A program made the translations under genes and the position numbers. Positions 1 to 9,756 of a stretch of 42,232 bases of DNA are shown here, piece by piece. The DNA is taken from NCBI GenBank assembly GCA_045602645.1, contig JAZSBZ010000085.1, forward strand, positions 1 through 42,232, read 5' to 3'. Origin of the DNA: Candidatus Scatovivens sp. Lineage in GTDB: Bacteria > Bacillota > Clostridia > TANB77 > CAG-508. Numbering within the stretch: position 1 is the first letter of the stretch; every line of letters starts with the position of its first letter. Below the pieces are notes generated by a model. That model saw only the letters and a program-made list of their open reading frames with translations. It was not told the origin of the DNA and searched no databases.

Positions 1-379
1 TATTATTAACTTTTTTATTTTTTGTATACTCTTTTATTAAAGAATATATTTCTAATATTGCTATAATTATCAAAAAGATTCCAAAACATTTCTTTAAAAT
101 TTTACTTTCTAATTTCAATGAACAAATACTCCCTATTATTCCTCCAATAACTCCAGAAAAAATCATCCATTTACCAATATCAAAATCTATATATTTATTT
201 TTAAAATTTAATAAAGTCGCAGTAAAAGCTGATACTACAAAAAAAATCAAATTAATACCCTGAAGTGTATGTTGTGAAAAATCTTTAAAAATATCCAAAA
301 ATATTATTAGTATTGTTCCACCACCCAAACCAAGTGCTGTAAAAAATCCAGCCACAATTCCTATAAAAATCTCACTCAT
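1..379 (-). CDS. TauE/SafE-family half-size membrane protein (C-terminus runs off the window)
   Basis: My own minus-strand translation from ATG at 379 stays open to position 2 (MSEIFIGIVAGFFTALGLGGGTILIIFLDIF...). It is hydrophobic and has the GxGGG motif of TauE/SafE. It is absent from the ORF track because no stop lies inside the window. Confidence 0.6.
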   Translation of the reverse strand, partial: MSEIFIGIVAGFFTALGLGGGTILIIFLDIFKDFSQHTLQGINLIFFVVSAFTATLLNFKNKYIDFDIGKWMIFSGVIGGIIGSICSLKLESKILKKCFGIFLIIIAILEIYSLIKEYTKNKKVNN

Positions 380-386
380 ATATCAC

Positions 387-743
387 CTAAATCATCATTT
401 TAATTCCTGCATAAATTAAAAATAAAGAAAAAATAATATTTAATACATTACTATTTAATTTATTTAAAATTTTAGTTCCAAAAACACTCCCAACACATCC
501 TCCTAATGCACATTTAACAGCAGGTATAAAATCTATATAACCATCTTTAAAATATAAAACTGCACTTACTAAAGTAATACATAAAATACAAAATATTGTT
601 GTTGCTCTAGCTTTTACACTATCTAAGTTTAATACAAGTAAACAAAATGGAAGTATTATTAGACCTCCACCAGACGATAAAAATCCACTTATAACTCCTG
701 CAAAGAAACCTACAAAAATGCATAAAAAAATACTCTTATCCAT
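387..743 (-). CDS. TauE/SafE-family half-size membrane protein
   Basis: 118-aa polytopic protein with FLSSGGGLIILP motif. It ends 7 nt before the start of the next TauE-like half at 379. Confidence 0.7.
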   Translation of the reverse strand: MDKSIFLCIFVGFFAGVISGFLSSGGGLIILPFCLLVLNLDSVKARATTIFCILCITLVSAVLYFKDGYIDFIPAVKCALGGCVGSVFGTKILNKLNSNVLNIIFSLFLIYAGIKMMI

Positions 744-780
744 AAAGAGTATTCTTTCATTTTTTTATTTAATTATTCTT

Positions 781-2025
781 CTAATCTTCAATATTTTCAT
801 CTTTTATATAATACTTTGTTCCAAGCATTTTATCAGGTAAATATTGTTGTTCTACATAATGACCAGGATAATCATGTGGATATTTATAACCTTCATGATA
901 TCCAAACTGTTCCATTCCTTCAGCTGGTGCATTTCTAATATGCATTGGAATTGTCCCTGTATCTTTACTTGATACATCTTCTAAAGCTTGATTTATTGCA
1001 TTATAAGATGCGTTTGATTTTTTTGAATTAGCTACATAAATAGCTGCTTCTGAAAGTATTATTCTTGCTTCTGGCATTCCAACCATTGTTACTGCTTGCA
1101 TAGCTGATGTTGCAAGTTGAAGTGCAAATGGATTTGCAAGACCAACATCTTCAGCTGCTGCAATAACTATTCTTCTTGCTAAAAATACTGGGTCTTCACC
1201 ACCATTTAAAGCTCTTGCAAGATAAAATACTGTAGCATCTGGATCTGATCCTCTCATTGATTTAATAAAAGCACTTATATTATCATAGTGACTATCTCCA
1301 CTTTTATCAAACATTGCTTTTCTTTTATTTAAACTTTGACTAGCAATTTCATCAGTAATTTCAATTACTCCTTCAGCATTCATTTTAGTTGTTAATACTG
1401 CAACTTCTAATCCATTTAATGCCGTTCTAACATCACCACCTGATACTTCTGCAATAGTCTCAAGTGTTGAATCATTAATTTTTATATTATAACTTGCTAA
1501 TCCATCTTTATTATTTAAAGCATTTCTTAATACTTTTAATATATCATCTTTTGTAAGCGGCTCTAGTTTTATTACCATTGATCTTGATATTAAAGCTTTA
1601 TTTACTTCAAAATAAGGATTTTCTGTTGTAGCACCAATTAATATAACAGTACCATCTTCAACAAATGGAAGCAAAGCATCTTGTTGAAGCTTATTAAATC
1701 TATGTATCTCATCTATAAATAAAATACATTTTCCACTTGGATTTAATAACGGATTATCAGCCTCTTCAATCGCTTTTTTAATATCTCCAACACCAGATGT
1801 AACCGCATTTAACTTTGTAAATTTATATTTAGTTGTTTCACTTATAACTTTAGCAAGTGAAGTTTTACCACATCCCGGAGGTCCCCATAAAATTAAGCTT
1901 GATAATCTATCTGCTTTAATAGTTCTATATAATAATTTATCTTTACCTACTACATGTTCTTGACCTACGAATTCATCTAACGATTTTGGTCTCACTCTAT
2001 AAGCTAAAGGCTTGCTCAAATCCAT
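781..2025 (-). CDS. rarA: replication-associated recombination protein A (AAA+ ATPase RarA/MgsA)
   Basis: 414 aa. Has Walker A GPPGCGKTS, Walker B ILFIDEIHRFNK and the conserved C-terminal MgsA block (HYDNISAFIKSMRGSDPDA...YLARAL..GEDP). Confidence 0.9.
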   Translation of the reverse strand: MDLSKPLAYRVRPKSLDEFVGQEHVVGKDKLLYRTIKADRLSSLILWGPPGCGKTSLAKVISETTKYKFTKLNAVTSGVGDIKKAIEEADNPLLNPSGKCILFIDEIHRFNKLQQDALLPFVEDGTVILIGATTENPYFEVNKALISRSMVIKLEPLTKDDILKVLRNALNNKDGLASYNIKINDSTLETIAEVSGGDVRTALNGLEVAVLTTKMNAEGVIEITDEIASQSLNKRKAMFDKSGDSHYDNISAFIKSMRGSDPDATVFYLARALNGGEDPVFLARRIVIAAAEDVGLANPFALQLATSAMQAVTMVGMPEARIILSEAAIYVANSKKSNASYNAINQALEDVSSKDTGTIPMHIRNAPAEGMEQFGYHEGYKYPHDYPGHYVEQQYLPDKMLGTKYYIKDENIED

Positions 2026-2039
2026 AACTAATTACCTTT

Positions 2040-2588
2040 CTATCCATTCATTAATAAATAAGCAAATGCTAATACTATAACTATAATTACAATAAGTGGA
2101 ATACCACCTGTTTTTTTCCTTGGCATTTCTCCTGATAAATCTTCCTCTTCATTTGATGTTACATCATTATTTATAACGTCTTCTTTATCCACTACTTTAG
2201 TATTACAATTTTCTTCTGCAGTTGTACTTATTATCTCTCCATTTGGACCAATACAAATTTCATTACCTTCACTATCAAGTTCATATGTTTCATCTAAATC
2301 CATAACATATCCAAATGAACCATTAGCATCTAACAGTGCAGCAACTTTTTCTTCATCTTCTTTTGATACTATCAAATATACAATATGATAGTCATTTCCT
2401 TTATATCTATCTTCTTCAATTTGAATATCATATTCAACAAAATTCTCTTCCATAATTTTACTTACTTCTTTTATTTCATTTGCAATATGATTTTCATCTT
2501 CTACAAAACTACCTGTAACTTCTAATTGAATTTTTTGAAACTTTTTCCCCACCACGCGTACTCCTATCTTGCAAGAATTACTAAACAT
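2040..2588 (-). CDS. hypothetical acidic protein with C-terminal transmembrane anchor
   Basis: ORF with tail anchor GGIPLIVIIVIVLAFAYLLM. The ORF-track start overlaps ruvA by 25 nt. A GTG near 2552-2555 preceded by AGGAG is a more likely start. Confidence 0.5.
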   Translation of the reverse strand: MFSNSCKIGVRVVGKKFQKIQLEVTGSFVEDENHIANEIKEVSKIMEENFVEYDIQIEEDRYKGNDYHIVYLIVSKEDEEKVAALLDANGSFGYVMDLDETYELDSEGNEICIGPNGEIISTTAEENCNTKVVDKEDVINNDVTSNEEEDLSGEMPRKKTGGIPLIVIIVIVLAFAYLLMNG

Positions 2589-3166
2589 TTCTTAATTAAT
2601 TCTTCTACAGATACATCTGTATTAGCAATTTTTTCAAATGCTTTTTCAATTTCTTTCTTATTATATCCAAGTATTTGTAACGCCTGTGTTGCTTCGTCAA
2701 CATTTTCACCTGTTTTAACATTACAAACTTCTTCATCACAAGAGCTTCCCGCAAGTTCTTGTTCTTTCTTTAATTTATCTTGAAGTTCTAATATAATTCT
2801 TTGTGCAGTTTTAGGTCCAATTCCTGGAATCTTCTTTAGTAATGACACATTGTTTGAAATAATTGCACAAGCAAATCCTGCTGGAGTTATATTAGAAAGC
2901 ATAGTTATAGCTGATTTTGCTCCAACACCACTAACTGATAATAAAAGTTCAAACATTTTTAATTCTTCATGTGTTAAGAATCCATATAAACTAATATTAT
3001 CTTCTCTTACATAATAATGTGTATGAACTTTAACTTTTGATCCTATTTCACCTACATCATTTATAGACATATTAGACATAAAAATCTTATATCCAATACC
3101 TCCAACATCTATTACAACATAATTGCTAGATTTCTCTTCTAGACTACCTTTTATATATGCAAACAT
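2564..3166 (-). CDS. ruvA: Holliday junction branch-migration complex subunit RuvA
   Basis: 200 aa. N-terminus MFAYIKGSL...VVIDVGGIGYKI, HhH motifs (VSGVGAKSAI, IPGIGPKTAQRI) and a C-terminal domain III (ALQILGYNKKEIEKA). Confidence 0.93.
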   Translation of the reverse strand: MFAYIKGSLEEKSSNYVVIDVGGIGYKIFMSNMSINDVGEIGSKVKVHTHYYVREDNISLYGFLTHEELKMFELLLSVSGVGAKSAITMLSNITPAGFACAIISNNVSLLKKIPGIGPKTAQRIILELQDKLKKEQELAGSSCDEEVCNVKTGENVDEATQALQILGYNKKEIEKAFEKIANTDVSVEELIKKCLVILAR

Positions 3167-3261
3167 GTTATTTTCTCCTTTGTTTTTCCAAACATCTTTT
3201 TGCTACATTTTATCACATATTTTAATTTAATCAATACTTTAAAAAAATTTTTATATCCTAT

Positions 3262-3302
3262 TTTAAATAAAAAGAGTAAGATCATTTTTATAACCTTACT
3301 CT
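3262..3302 (-). terminator. intrinsic terminator after the 1740-aa gene
   Basis: Minus-strand hairpin AGAGTAAG/CTTACTCT followed by a T-rich run (TTTTATTTAAAA), 13 nt after the stop. Confidence 0.6.
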
Positions 3303-3314
3303 CCTTAATATTAA

Positions 3315-6300
3315 TTATCTTATTTCATCATCTTGTGATGGTTTTTCTTCGGAATCCTTTTTATCTCCAAAAGAAACATTTCTTACTGTTCTTTTTTCAT
3401 TTTCTTCCTTAATTCTTGCATCTAATCCATCTATTATCATATCAAGTTTCTCTTGATCTTTAACTGTAATTATTCCACTTGAAGATTTTGAAATAGCACC
3501 TTCTTCAACTAATTTATCAAAGTTTATAAATTTACCATCTCTTTCTGAATCAATAACTAAACCTTTATTTTTCTTTGAAGCAATTCTAGCAAGTCCAAGC
3601 AATTCTCTTGCATATTCCGCTTTTGCTGCTTCTGCATCTTCTCCTTCTGGAAGAAGTAATGAATCTTCTATTGTAATTGAATTATCATTTTCAGATGCAA
3701 AAATATACCAATCATCACATTCACCAAACAATAATACAACATCTTTATTATAAAACGCTGAATAATTTTCTCTTAAAATTGCTGCCATATTGTTAGATTC
3801 TTGTCTAGCTAATATACTAGCAGCCTTAACATCTTCACCAGCTCTTGCATTCATATCTTTTACTCTTTGAATTAAATCAAAATGTATATCTGTATTTTTC
3901 TTTCTATTTATATCTCTTATTCTTGTATAACCATATCTAACATCTTGTGGTGCTGTTTTATGATCAAGTGATACAACATCTTCATTTTGAGCAATAGAAT
4001 ATTGACTATATGAATCAAGATATAAACGATGATCTACATTCATACCAGTATATTTCTTACCAGCTTCTAAAGGTGCAACACGTGAAGTTGTATCATCTCT
4101 TTTGATATTTGGAATATATTTTAAAAGATCATCACATCCTCCACCAATTGTAACTTCTTTTATTACTAAAGCATCATATTGTTCTTTAGTTATTTTGCCA
4201 TCTGCCAAAAATTGATCTAATACTTTTTTATCAACTTCAATCATTCTTTTAGCAACTTCTTGATATACTTCAAATATTTCTTGATGTGCATTTCTAGCTG
4301 CTAAACTTGCATGTAATGTATTTGGTATCTCAACATTGTCAAAGCATACTCTATCGCCATTTCTCCAAGTCCAACTTTGAGAAACAACTTGTATAACTTC
4401 TCCATTTTCATCAACTTCCTCAACAACAAATACAGAACCGTTTTCTTCAAGTGCTGAGTGAAGCATTGATGACTCTCCTGGCTGCCCCTCTCCTAATCTT
4501 TGACAACAAGTTGTGATGTTACCTATTGTTAAATGAAGTGGATCATCTATTCTAACAATTCTACCAACAAAACGCTTTCCTTTATGACTTACTGGTGGTA
4601 CAGATTGTCTTTCTCTTTCTTTCATTTGATCATAGATTTTTTTAGCTACATCAAATTCTTCTTGTGAAAGTCCTGATTTTTTTGCTCTATACGCAAGTTC
4701 ATAATATCCCGGTTCAATATTATTATATGTAACGCTCTTAATATCATCAGCAAGTTCACTTACTTTATAAAGTCCTGCTTGAAATCTTGATTTAATATCT
4801 GGTTGACTAATAACCGCATCCATTCTAGCATTCATCATTTGGAACAAAGTATAATATTCAGGTTTTCTTAATATTTCAGTCATATTAGCCATAAAGAATT
4901 CTCTGAAATTTTCTGAGTATGGTTGTCTTAAACCAGCAAACATAATCTCACCTTTTTCAAAAGTAAATACTCCTGGAAGTTCTAATTCTTTTAATATTGT
5001 ATATGCTTCTCTTATACCTTCTTCGCTTCTATCTTTAAGTTCTAATGTTTTTTCTGTAGGTATTCTATAACCTGTTTCACCATATAATCTTTGCTCTAAT
5101 GCAACAAGTTCTGGCTCAGTCATTCTTTGTTTTAAATTTCCTAGTTTTCTAATCCATCCTTGTCCAATTTTATCTTTTTCTGCTCCCACTATATCAACAA
5201 CTGACATATTTAGTCTCTTTGATATATCTTCGTTTGCATTCATATTACCCAAAAACATCATTAAATCTTCTAAATGATCTGTAACATGTGGTGAATAGAA
5301 TGTTGTACCATCTGGTTTTAATCTAGAAAATTCCTGTGTAATTAATTCTCTTATTCTATCTAAATCTAGTTTTTCATTTTCTGATAATGTTTTCTTTAAT
5401 GTATTATTTAAAACATCTCTTAATATTTTAATATTCTCTGGTGTTTCAATTACATTTTCACCTAAATATGCATCTAATGGTTCTGCAAGCAAGCTAAGTT
5501 TTTCTTGAACATTAGCAGAAACAGCAGCTTTAGTAATTGATTTAATTCTATCATCTTTTATATTAACACCATTTTCTCTTGTTACTTTTGCAATCAATTC
5601 TTCTATTGATCCATCAAATCCTTCTTCTAAAGCTTGATTTAATGATTTATATATAGCAAAAGTTCCTTTTCCTCCAGGTAATGCTGGATTAACTTTATCA
5701 AACAACGCTCCAACGATTTTTAAATTACCTGTTATAGTATGCATGTTTTCATATATACCAGATACAGCAACACCTGTTGTTCTAATTGCTTCTTCAAGTT
5801 CTGCTTCATCTATCTCTGGTAATTTTAAAACTTCTTTAGAAGCACCATAACCTAAAAATGCATACATTGATACCATAATTTGTTCTGCAGTATCTCTTCT
5901 ATAGTTATCTGAAATATCAAATTTACTTAATCTCTCTAAATCTTTGAATTCTCCAAAATCAAATGTATCTAATTTATCATCTGGACAATGAATTACATAT
6001 CCTGGTGTAGAAATAATATATTCTCTAAATTTATCTTTTTTAGATTCTAATAATTTTCTACCATTTAATATTTTCTCATCTTGTGTTTCTTCTCCAGATA
6101 ATATAAGTTCTACTTCTTCATCTAAATATCCATCTTTTTCTTTTAATTCTTTAATTGCATAATATTCTGGTCTTGTATCCAATAATTCTTTAAATCTTTT
6201 TATTGATTGTACAGAACTATTTCCAATTATTTGAATAGCCTCTGGATCTTTTTGAATTAATTCATATGCTTCATCTCCAAATAATTTCACAAATTCAACA

Positions 6301-8537
6301 AGTTTTGAATCACAATTTGCTAAAGATAAATCTTTGCCCTTTAGAAAATCAACATATTCTAAATGTGTTGTTAAATCATTTATTGTAAGTTGACCATTTT
6401 GCATTGATTTTTGGATACCATTCTCTTCGCAATATCTTTTATAATATTTAATTTTCAATTCTTCTGGAGCTTCCGGTAATAAGAATAATTCTGGATGTTT
6501 TTCTTTGAAGTAATCTGGAGCTTTTTCTCCATATTCTATACTTCCTCTTAATATTTCATTTTCAATATAATCTTTTATTGTAGTTAAAATTTCTTCACTA
6601 CTTAATCCATCATAATCTTTTATATCAGCTTTATATGCATAATTTCCAACTTCTCTTATTAATTGATATAAAACATCTTGAGGTAAAGTTATTATACTAT
6701 CCTTTGCTGGACAACGTCTAAATGCTAAGAATCTATTCTTACTTAAAATTTCTTGTACATAAGGTAAATTAGCTTCCTCATCTTCCATGAATCTTATTTC
6801 GTCAAAACTAACTGTACCTTCATAGAATTTTTCTTGCCATTCTTCAGGCATTGATTCATCCACAAATAAATCTGGATTTGAATCTCTAAATTTCCCTTTC
6901 ATATGTCTATGTCCAAGTGGTCTAGATATATAATTCCAATCAGTTGGTCCATACACAATCATTCTTCTTACTGCTTCATCAAAATGTTCTTCTGAATATT
7001 CTTTGCTATCATCTCCACCAACATACTCACCTGTTTTTAAATCATAATTCTTTGTAAAAATTGTTCTTCTAGAATCATGAACATTTCCTGCATAATGGAA
7101 AAAAGCATCGTCTATTAATTTTGCTCTTGCAAAACCATTTTCAGAAAAATATCCTCCATTTTGTCTATCAAATTCAAGAACTCTTCTTGTACCATATCTA
7201 TCAAAGAATTTCGCAATTTCTCCACTAGCTAAATCTCCTGGTGTTAATCCTGATTCTATTAATAGTCCAATAACACTCTCATCTTCTAGAACTCTTTCTA
7301 CATAATTTCTAGAATATGAATCTGTAACTAAATCTAATGCTAAGTCTTTATAGTCAATATATTCATACATTTCTGTATCTGAAAAATCTATATAATCTTT
7401 ATGTCTTTTTATATAATCAAGTGCTTTTCCTTTAAGTTCAGTCGAAATTTCTTCACCTGGCTTTGTTAAATCTAAATCATTAGCAGCTTGCATAATCATA
7501 TTTGGATTTTGACGCAAGAAGAATTTTGTAAATTCAGGTTCTCTATCTAGAACATATCTTAATTTTTCTTCTGTTATTTCTTCATAATCAAATCTTAAAC
7601 TATAAGTAGCAGAAATTGCATTTAATATATTCTTTCCTTCAAATAGTTCTTTATTTGCTATTATATCTTCTAAAGTTAACTCTTGTTTTAAAAATCCTTC
7701 TCTTAATTCTGTATTCTCTCCAAAATCAATATAATATTCAGGCAAGCCATCTCTAATAAAAGGTATATTTTCAAAACGTTCATAAATTCTTTTAAACGAA
7801 TATTTACTAGCAAGCTCACCTCTTACTTCATCAATCATAAGAGCTTTTGCGGTATCAAAATCATATTCTTGTCCTGATTCTTCAATTTTATAAACAGCTC
7901 TTCCTAAAAGATCTACCACATGTTCATCTTCTAATATAGTATCATCTATCTCTACAGCTTTATCCCAACCAATTCTTTGAACAATGTTTCTAATTTTATA
8001 GTCTAAATAATCAAGTGGTATTTTACCTGCTAAATCAAATCTTTTTACATCACTTAAAGTTAAACTTTTTGAATCATATCTTGCTCTAGCCTCTGGATCA
8101 TCAATTCCACTATCAGGAAATGCATCTGGATGTTCTTGCATTGCATCTTCAACAAATGCTTCATCAAAACTTTCTGTTGAATATCCAAGTTTTTCTCTAT
8201 CAAAAGTAAAGTTTCTAACATTACAACCCTTTAATCTTACCTCAAGTCTCATTGTTCCCATTTCTTCTGGTATAGTTAAATAATTAAAGTCTATATTAGC
8301 ACCTGTATTTTCTAGATTAAAATCTTCGTTAAATACAACATAATCTTTCCATTCTTCAAATGGTATTCCACTTAAATCACTATTTCTCAAAAGTTCAATA
8401 CTTTTTACTAGTTCTTCTTCTAATGCCTCTGCTTCCGTAATAGATAAATCATCCATTGTTCCATCTTTTACTTTTGCATACACACTTTGTGTAAAAGCAC
8501 ATATTTCTCTAAATCTTTCAATTGTCATTTTTTCCAT
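3315..8537 (-). CDS. giant (1740 aa) cytoplasmic orphan protein, function unknown
   Basis: Uninterrupted 5.2-kb ORF with host-like AT-rich codon usage and an AAAGGA SD. No signal peptide, TM segment or obvious Walker A. Has a Cys/His-containing C-terminal module (TIGNITTCCQRLGEGQPGESSMLHSALEENGSVFVVEE...QSWTWRNGDRVCFDNVE). Confidence 0.85.
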   Translation of the reverse strand: MEKMTIERFREICAFTQSVYAKVKDGTMDDLSITEAEALEEELVKSIELLRNSDLSGIPFEEWKDYVVFNEDFNLENTGANIDFNYLTIPEEMGTMRLEVRLKGCNVRNFTFDREKLGYSTESFDEAFVEDAMQEHPDAFPDSGIDDPEARARYDSKSLTLSDVKRFDLAGKIPLDYLDYKIRNIVQRIGWDKAVEIDDTILEDEHVVDLLGRAVYKIEESGQEYDFDTAKALMIDEVRGELASKYSFKRIYERFENIPFIRDGLPEYYIDFGENTELREGFLKQELTLEDIIANKELFEGKNILNAISATYSLRFDYEEITEEKLRYVLDREPEFTKFFLRQNPNMIMQAANDLDLTKPGEEISTELKGKALDYIKRHKDYIDFSDTEMYEYIDYKDLALDLVTDSYSRNYVERVLEDESVIGLLIESGLTPGDLASGEIAKFFDRYGTRRVLEFDRQNGGYFSENGFARAKLIDDAFFHYAGNVHDSRRTIFTKNYDLKTGEYVGGDDSKEYSEEHFDEAVRRMIVYGPTDWNYISRPLGHRHMKGKFRDSNPDLFVDESMPEEWQEKFYEGTVSFDEIRFMEDEEANLPYVQEILSKNRFLAFRRCPAKDSIITLPQDVLYQLIREVGNYAYKADIKDYDGLSSEEILTTIKDYIENEILRGSIEYGEKAPDYFKEKHPELFLLPEAPEELKIKYYKRYCEENGIQKSMQNGQLTINDLTTHLEYVDFLKGKDLSLANCDSKLVEFVKLFGDEAYELIQKDPEAIQIIGNSSVQSIKRFKELLDTRPEYYAIKELKEKDGYLDEEVELILSGEETQDEKILNGRKLLESKKDKFREYIISTPGYVIHCPDDKLDTFDFGEFKDLERLSKFDISDNYRRDTAEQIMVSMYAFLGYGASKEVLKLPEIDEAELEEAIRTTGVAVSGIYENMHTITGNLKIVGALFDKVNPALPGGKGTFAIYKSLNQALEEGFDGSIEELIAKVTRENGVNIKDDRIKSITKAAVSANVQEKLSLLAEPLDAYLGENVIETPENIKILRDVLNNTLKKTLSENEKLDLDRIRELITQEFSRLKPDGTTFYSPHVTDHLEDLMMFLGNMNANEDISKRLNMSVVDIVGAEKDKIGQGWIRKLGNLKQRMTEPELVALEQRLYGETGYRIPTEKTLELKDRSEEGIREAYTILKELELPGVFTFEKGEIMFAGLRQPYSENFREFFMANMTEILRKPEYYTLFQMMNARMDAVISQPDIKSRFQAGLYKVSELADDIKSVTYNNIEPGYYELAYRAKKSGLSQEEFDVAKKIYDQMKERERQSVPPVSHKGKRFVGRIVRIDDPLHLTIGNITTCCQRLGEGQPGESSMLHSALEENGSVFVVEEVDENGEVIQVVSQSWTWRNGDRVCFDNVEIPNTLHASLAARNAHQEIFEVYQEVAKRMIEVDKKVLDQFLADGKITKEQYDALVIKEVTIGGGCDDLLKYIPNIKRDDTTSRVAPLEAGKKYTGMNVDHRLYLDSYSQYSIAQNEDVVSLDHKTAPQDVRYGYTRIRDINRKKNTDIHFDLIQRVKDMNARAGEDVKAASILARQESNNMAAILRENYSAFYNKDVVLLFGECDDWYIFASENDNSITIEDSLLLPEGEDAEAAKAEYARELLGLARIASKKNKGLVIDSERDGKFINFDKLVEEGAISKSSSGIITVKDQEKLDMIIDGLDARIKEENEKRTVRNVSFGDKKDSEEKPSQDDEIR

Positions 8538-8572
8538 ATGATCAATTCCTTTTTCATCCTTTATATTTTTTA

Positions 8573-9445
8573 TTATCCAACTGGATACATTATTTTCTTT
8601 TTATGATAAAAACTACTATCTAAATGTTCTACTTCTTCTACATTATCTAAACTAGCATTTACAAATACATTATCTGCATCTACTAAGTTTATAAATCTAA
8701 ACGCATTATTTCCATCGCTAGTATATATACTTGCACCTTTTGATATTGACGAATTTATTTTTTCTAATACTTTTTCAAAAGTTCCACTTAAAAGTTCAAC
8801 TATCATACCTTTAGATCTAAATAATTGTAAATCTTTAAACGCTTCTGTTTTAAATTTATCATCATCAATGTATATATAATATTTATCACTTCTTTGTTTA
8901 TTATCTATAACAACATTATCAGTAACGATTATAGCTTTATCAAATCTTTCATAATAACATTCTTCAAATGGCATAATATCAATTAAATTTGGATCTAATC
9001 CATATTTTTCAAGGCTACTTTTAAATATTAGCATCAAACAATTTTTAACATCATTTTCTAAATACTCAAGATCAGATATTGTAATTGCATTTCTTGATTT
9101 AACTGCTTTAATAAAATATCTAAGCGCATCTAAAGTATTATCAACTTCAACAGCTAAGCTACCAACAGAAGTTGTATACACTCCTGAATAATAACTGTTT
9201 TTTACTATTGTTAAAGTCTTTTCTTTTTTGTAAAGTCCTTCTCCAGATTCTTCATCAAATACTTTTAATAATTCATCAAAAGTTATTTCATCTCCGCAAA
9301 CTTTTATTAAAGTTTCGAATAAATCTCTATTTTCTTCTACTCTACTTTTTGCATAACTAATAACCTTTTTATCAACACTATCGTCTTTAGAAAGGTTATA
9401 CACAGCATATGCTTTTTTCTTTAAATTAATTTGTTCAATATTCAT
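8573..9445 (-). CDS. truncated gamma-glutamyl-phosphate-reductase (ProA)-like protein, probably non-catalytic
   Basis: 290 aa. Blocks align by eye with ProA (VGSLAVEVD, VKSRNAITISDL, LEKYGLDPNLIDI, YIYIDDD, AFRFINLVDADNVFVNAS). It is about 125 aa shorter than ProA and I see no catalytic-Cys block. Confidence 0.5.
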   Translation of the reverse strand: MNIEQINLKKKAYAVYNLSKDDSVDKKVISYAKSRVEENRDLFETLIKVCGDEITFDELLKVFDEESGEGLYKKEKTLTIVKNSYYSGVYTTSVGSLAVEVDNTLDALRYFIKAVKSRNAITISDLEYLENDVKNCLMLIFKSSLEKYGLDPNLIDIMPFEECYYERFDKAIIVTDNVVIDNKQRSDKYYIYIDDDKFKTEAFKDLQLFRSKGMIVELLSGTFEKVLEKINSSISKGASIYTSDGNNAFRFINLVDADNVFVNASLDNVEEVEHLDSSFYHKKKIMYPVG

Positions 9446-9482
9446 ACTTTTTCACCCATTAAACGTAAATTTATACATTATA

Positions 9483-9511
9483 ATTATATATTTCACTATG
9501 TCTATATTCAA
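9483..9511 (-). promoter_or_regulatory. sigma-A-type promoter for the ProA-like/giant gene pair
   Basis: Minus strand reads TTGAAT, 17 nt, TATAAT, about 40 nt upstream of the 290-aa start. Confidence 0.45.
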
Positions 9512-9600
9512 TTACTAGTTCATAACATTTAAATTACAATTAAATATCTATCTAAAAACTTTAAAATAGTATATTTTTCCTACTTTTTACAAGAAAAAGC

Positions 9601-9629
9601 TTGACTTTTATTTCGTTTTATATTAAAAT
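9601..9629 (+). promoter_or_regulatory. sigma-A-type promoter for rplM-rpsI
   Basis: TTGACT, 17 nt, TAAAAT. Followed by an about 125-nt leader before the rplM ATG. Confidence 0.55.
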
Positions 9630-9756
9630 AATTAAGCATTGTATGTAGATATGTATTTATTTGGTTAACTTCTCCCCGGTAGTTACCAAAATTAAAGTAA
9701 TATTTGCATTAAGCAAGTTAAATATTTTAAAATTTGAAATGGAGGGTATTTATACC

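Noticed and set aside
3200-3412. Short low-complexity ORFs antisense to or flanking real genes (for example 3200-3412, 9172-9360, 10126-10623, 13493-13717, 21193-21726, 24485-24784, 29248-29556, 30357-30560, 34495-35098, 37082-37270, 38452-38634, 40289-41653, 42010-42192)
   Set aside because: All overlap confidently called genes, or the rRNA, on the opposite strand. They have Leu/Phe/Ile/Ser-rich translations typical of AT-rich antisense frames.
9630-9756. Possible ribosomal-protein L13 leader structure (imperfect hairpin TTGGTTAACT...AGTTACCAA) upstream of rplM
   Set aside because: I cannot verify it against the L13-leader consensus from memory. The stem is imperfect and AT-rich. It needs an Infernal/Rfam scan.
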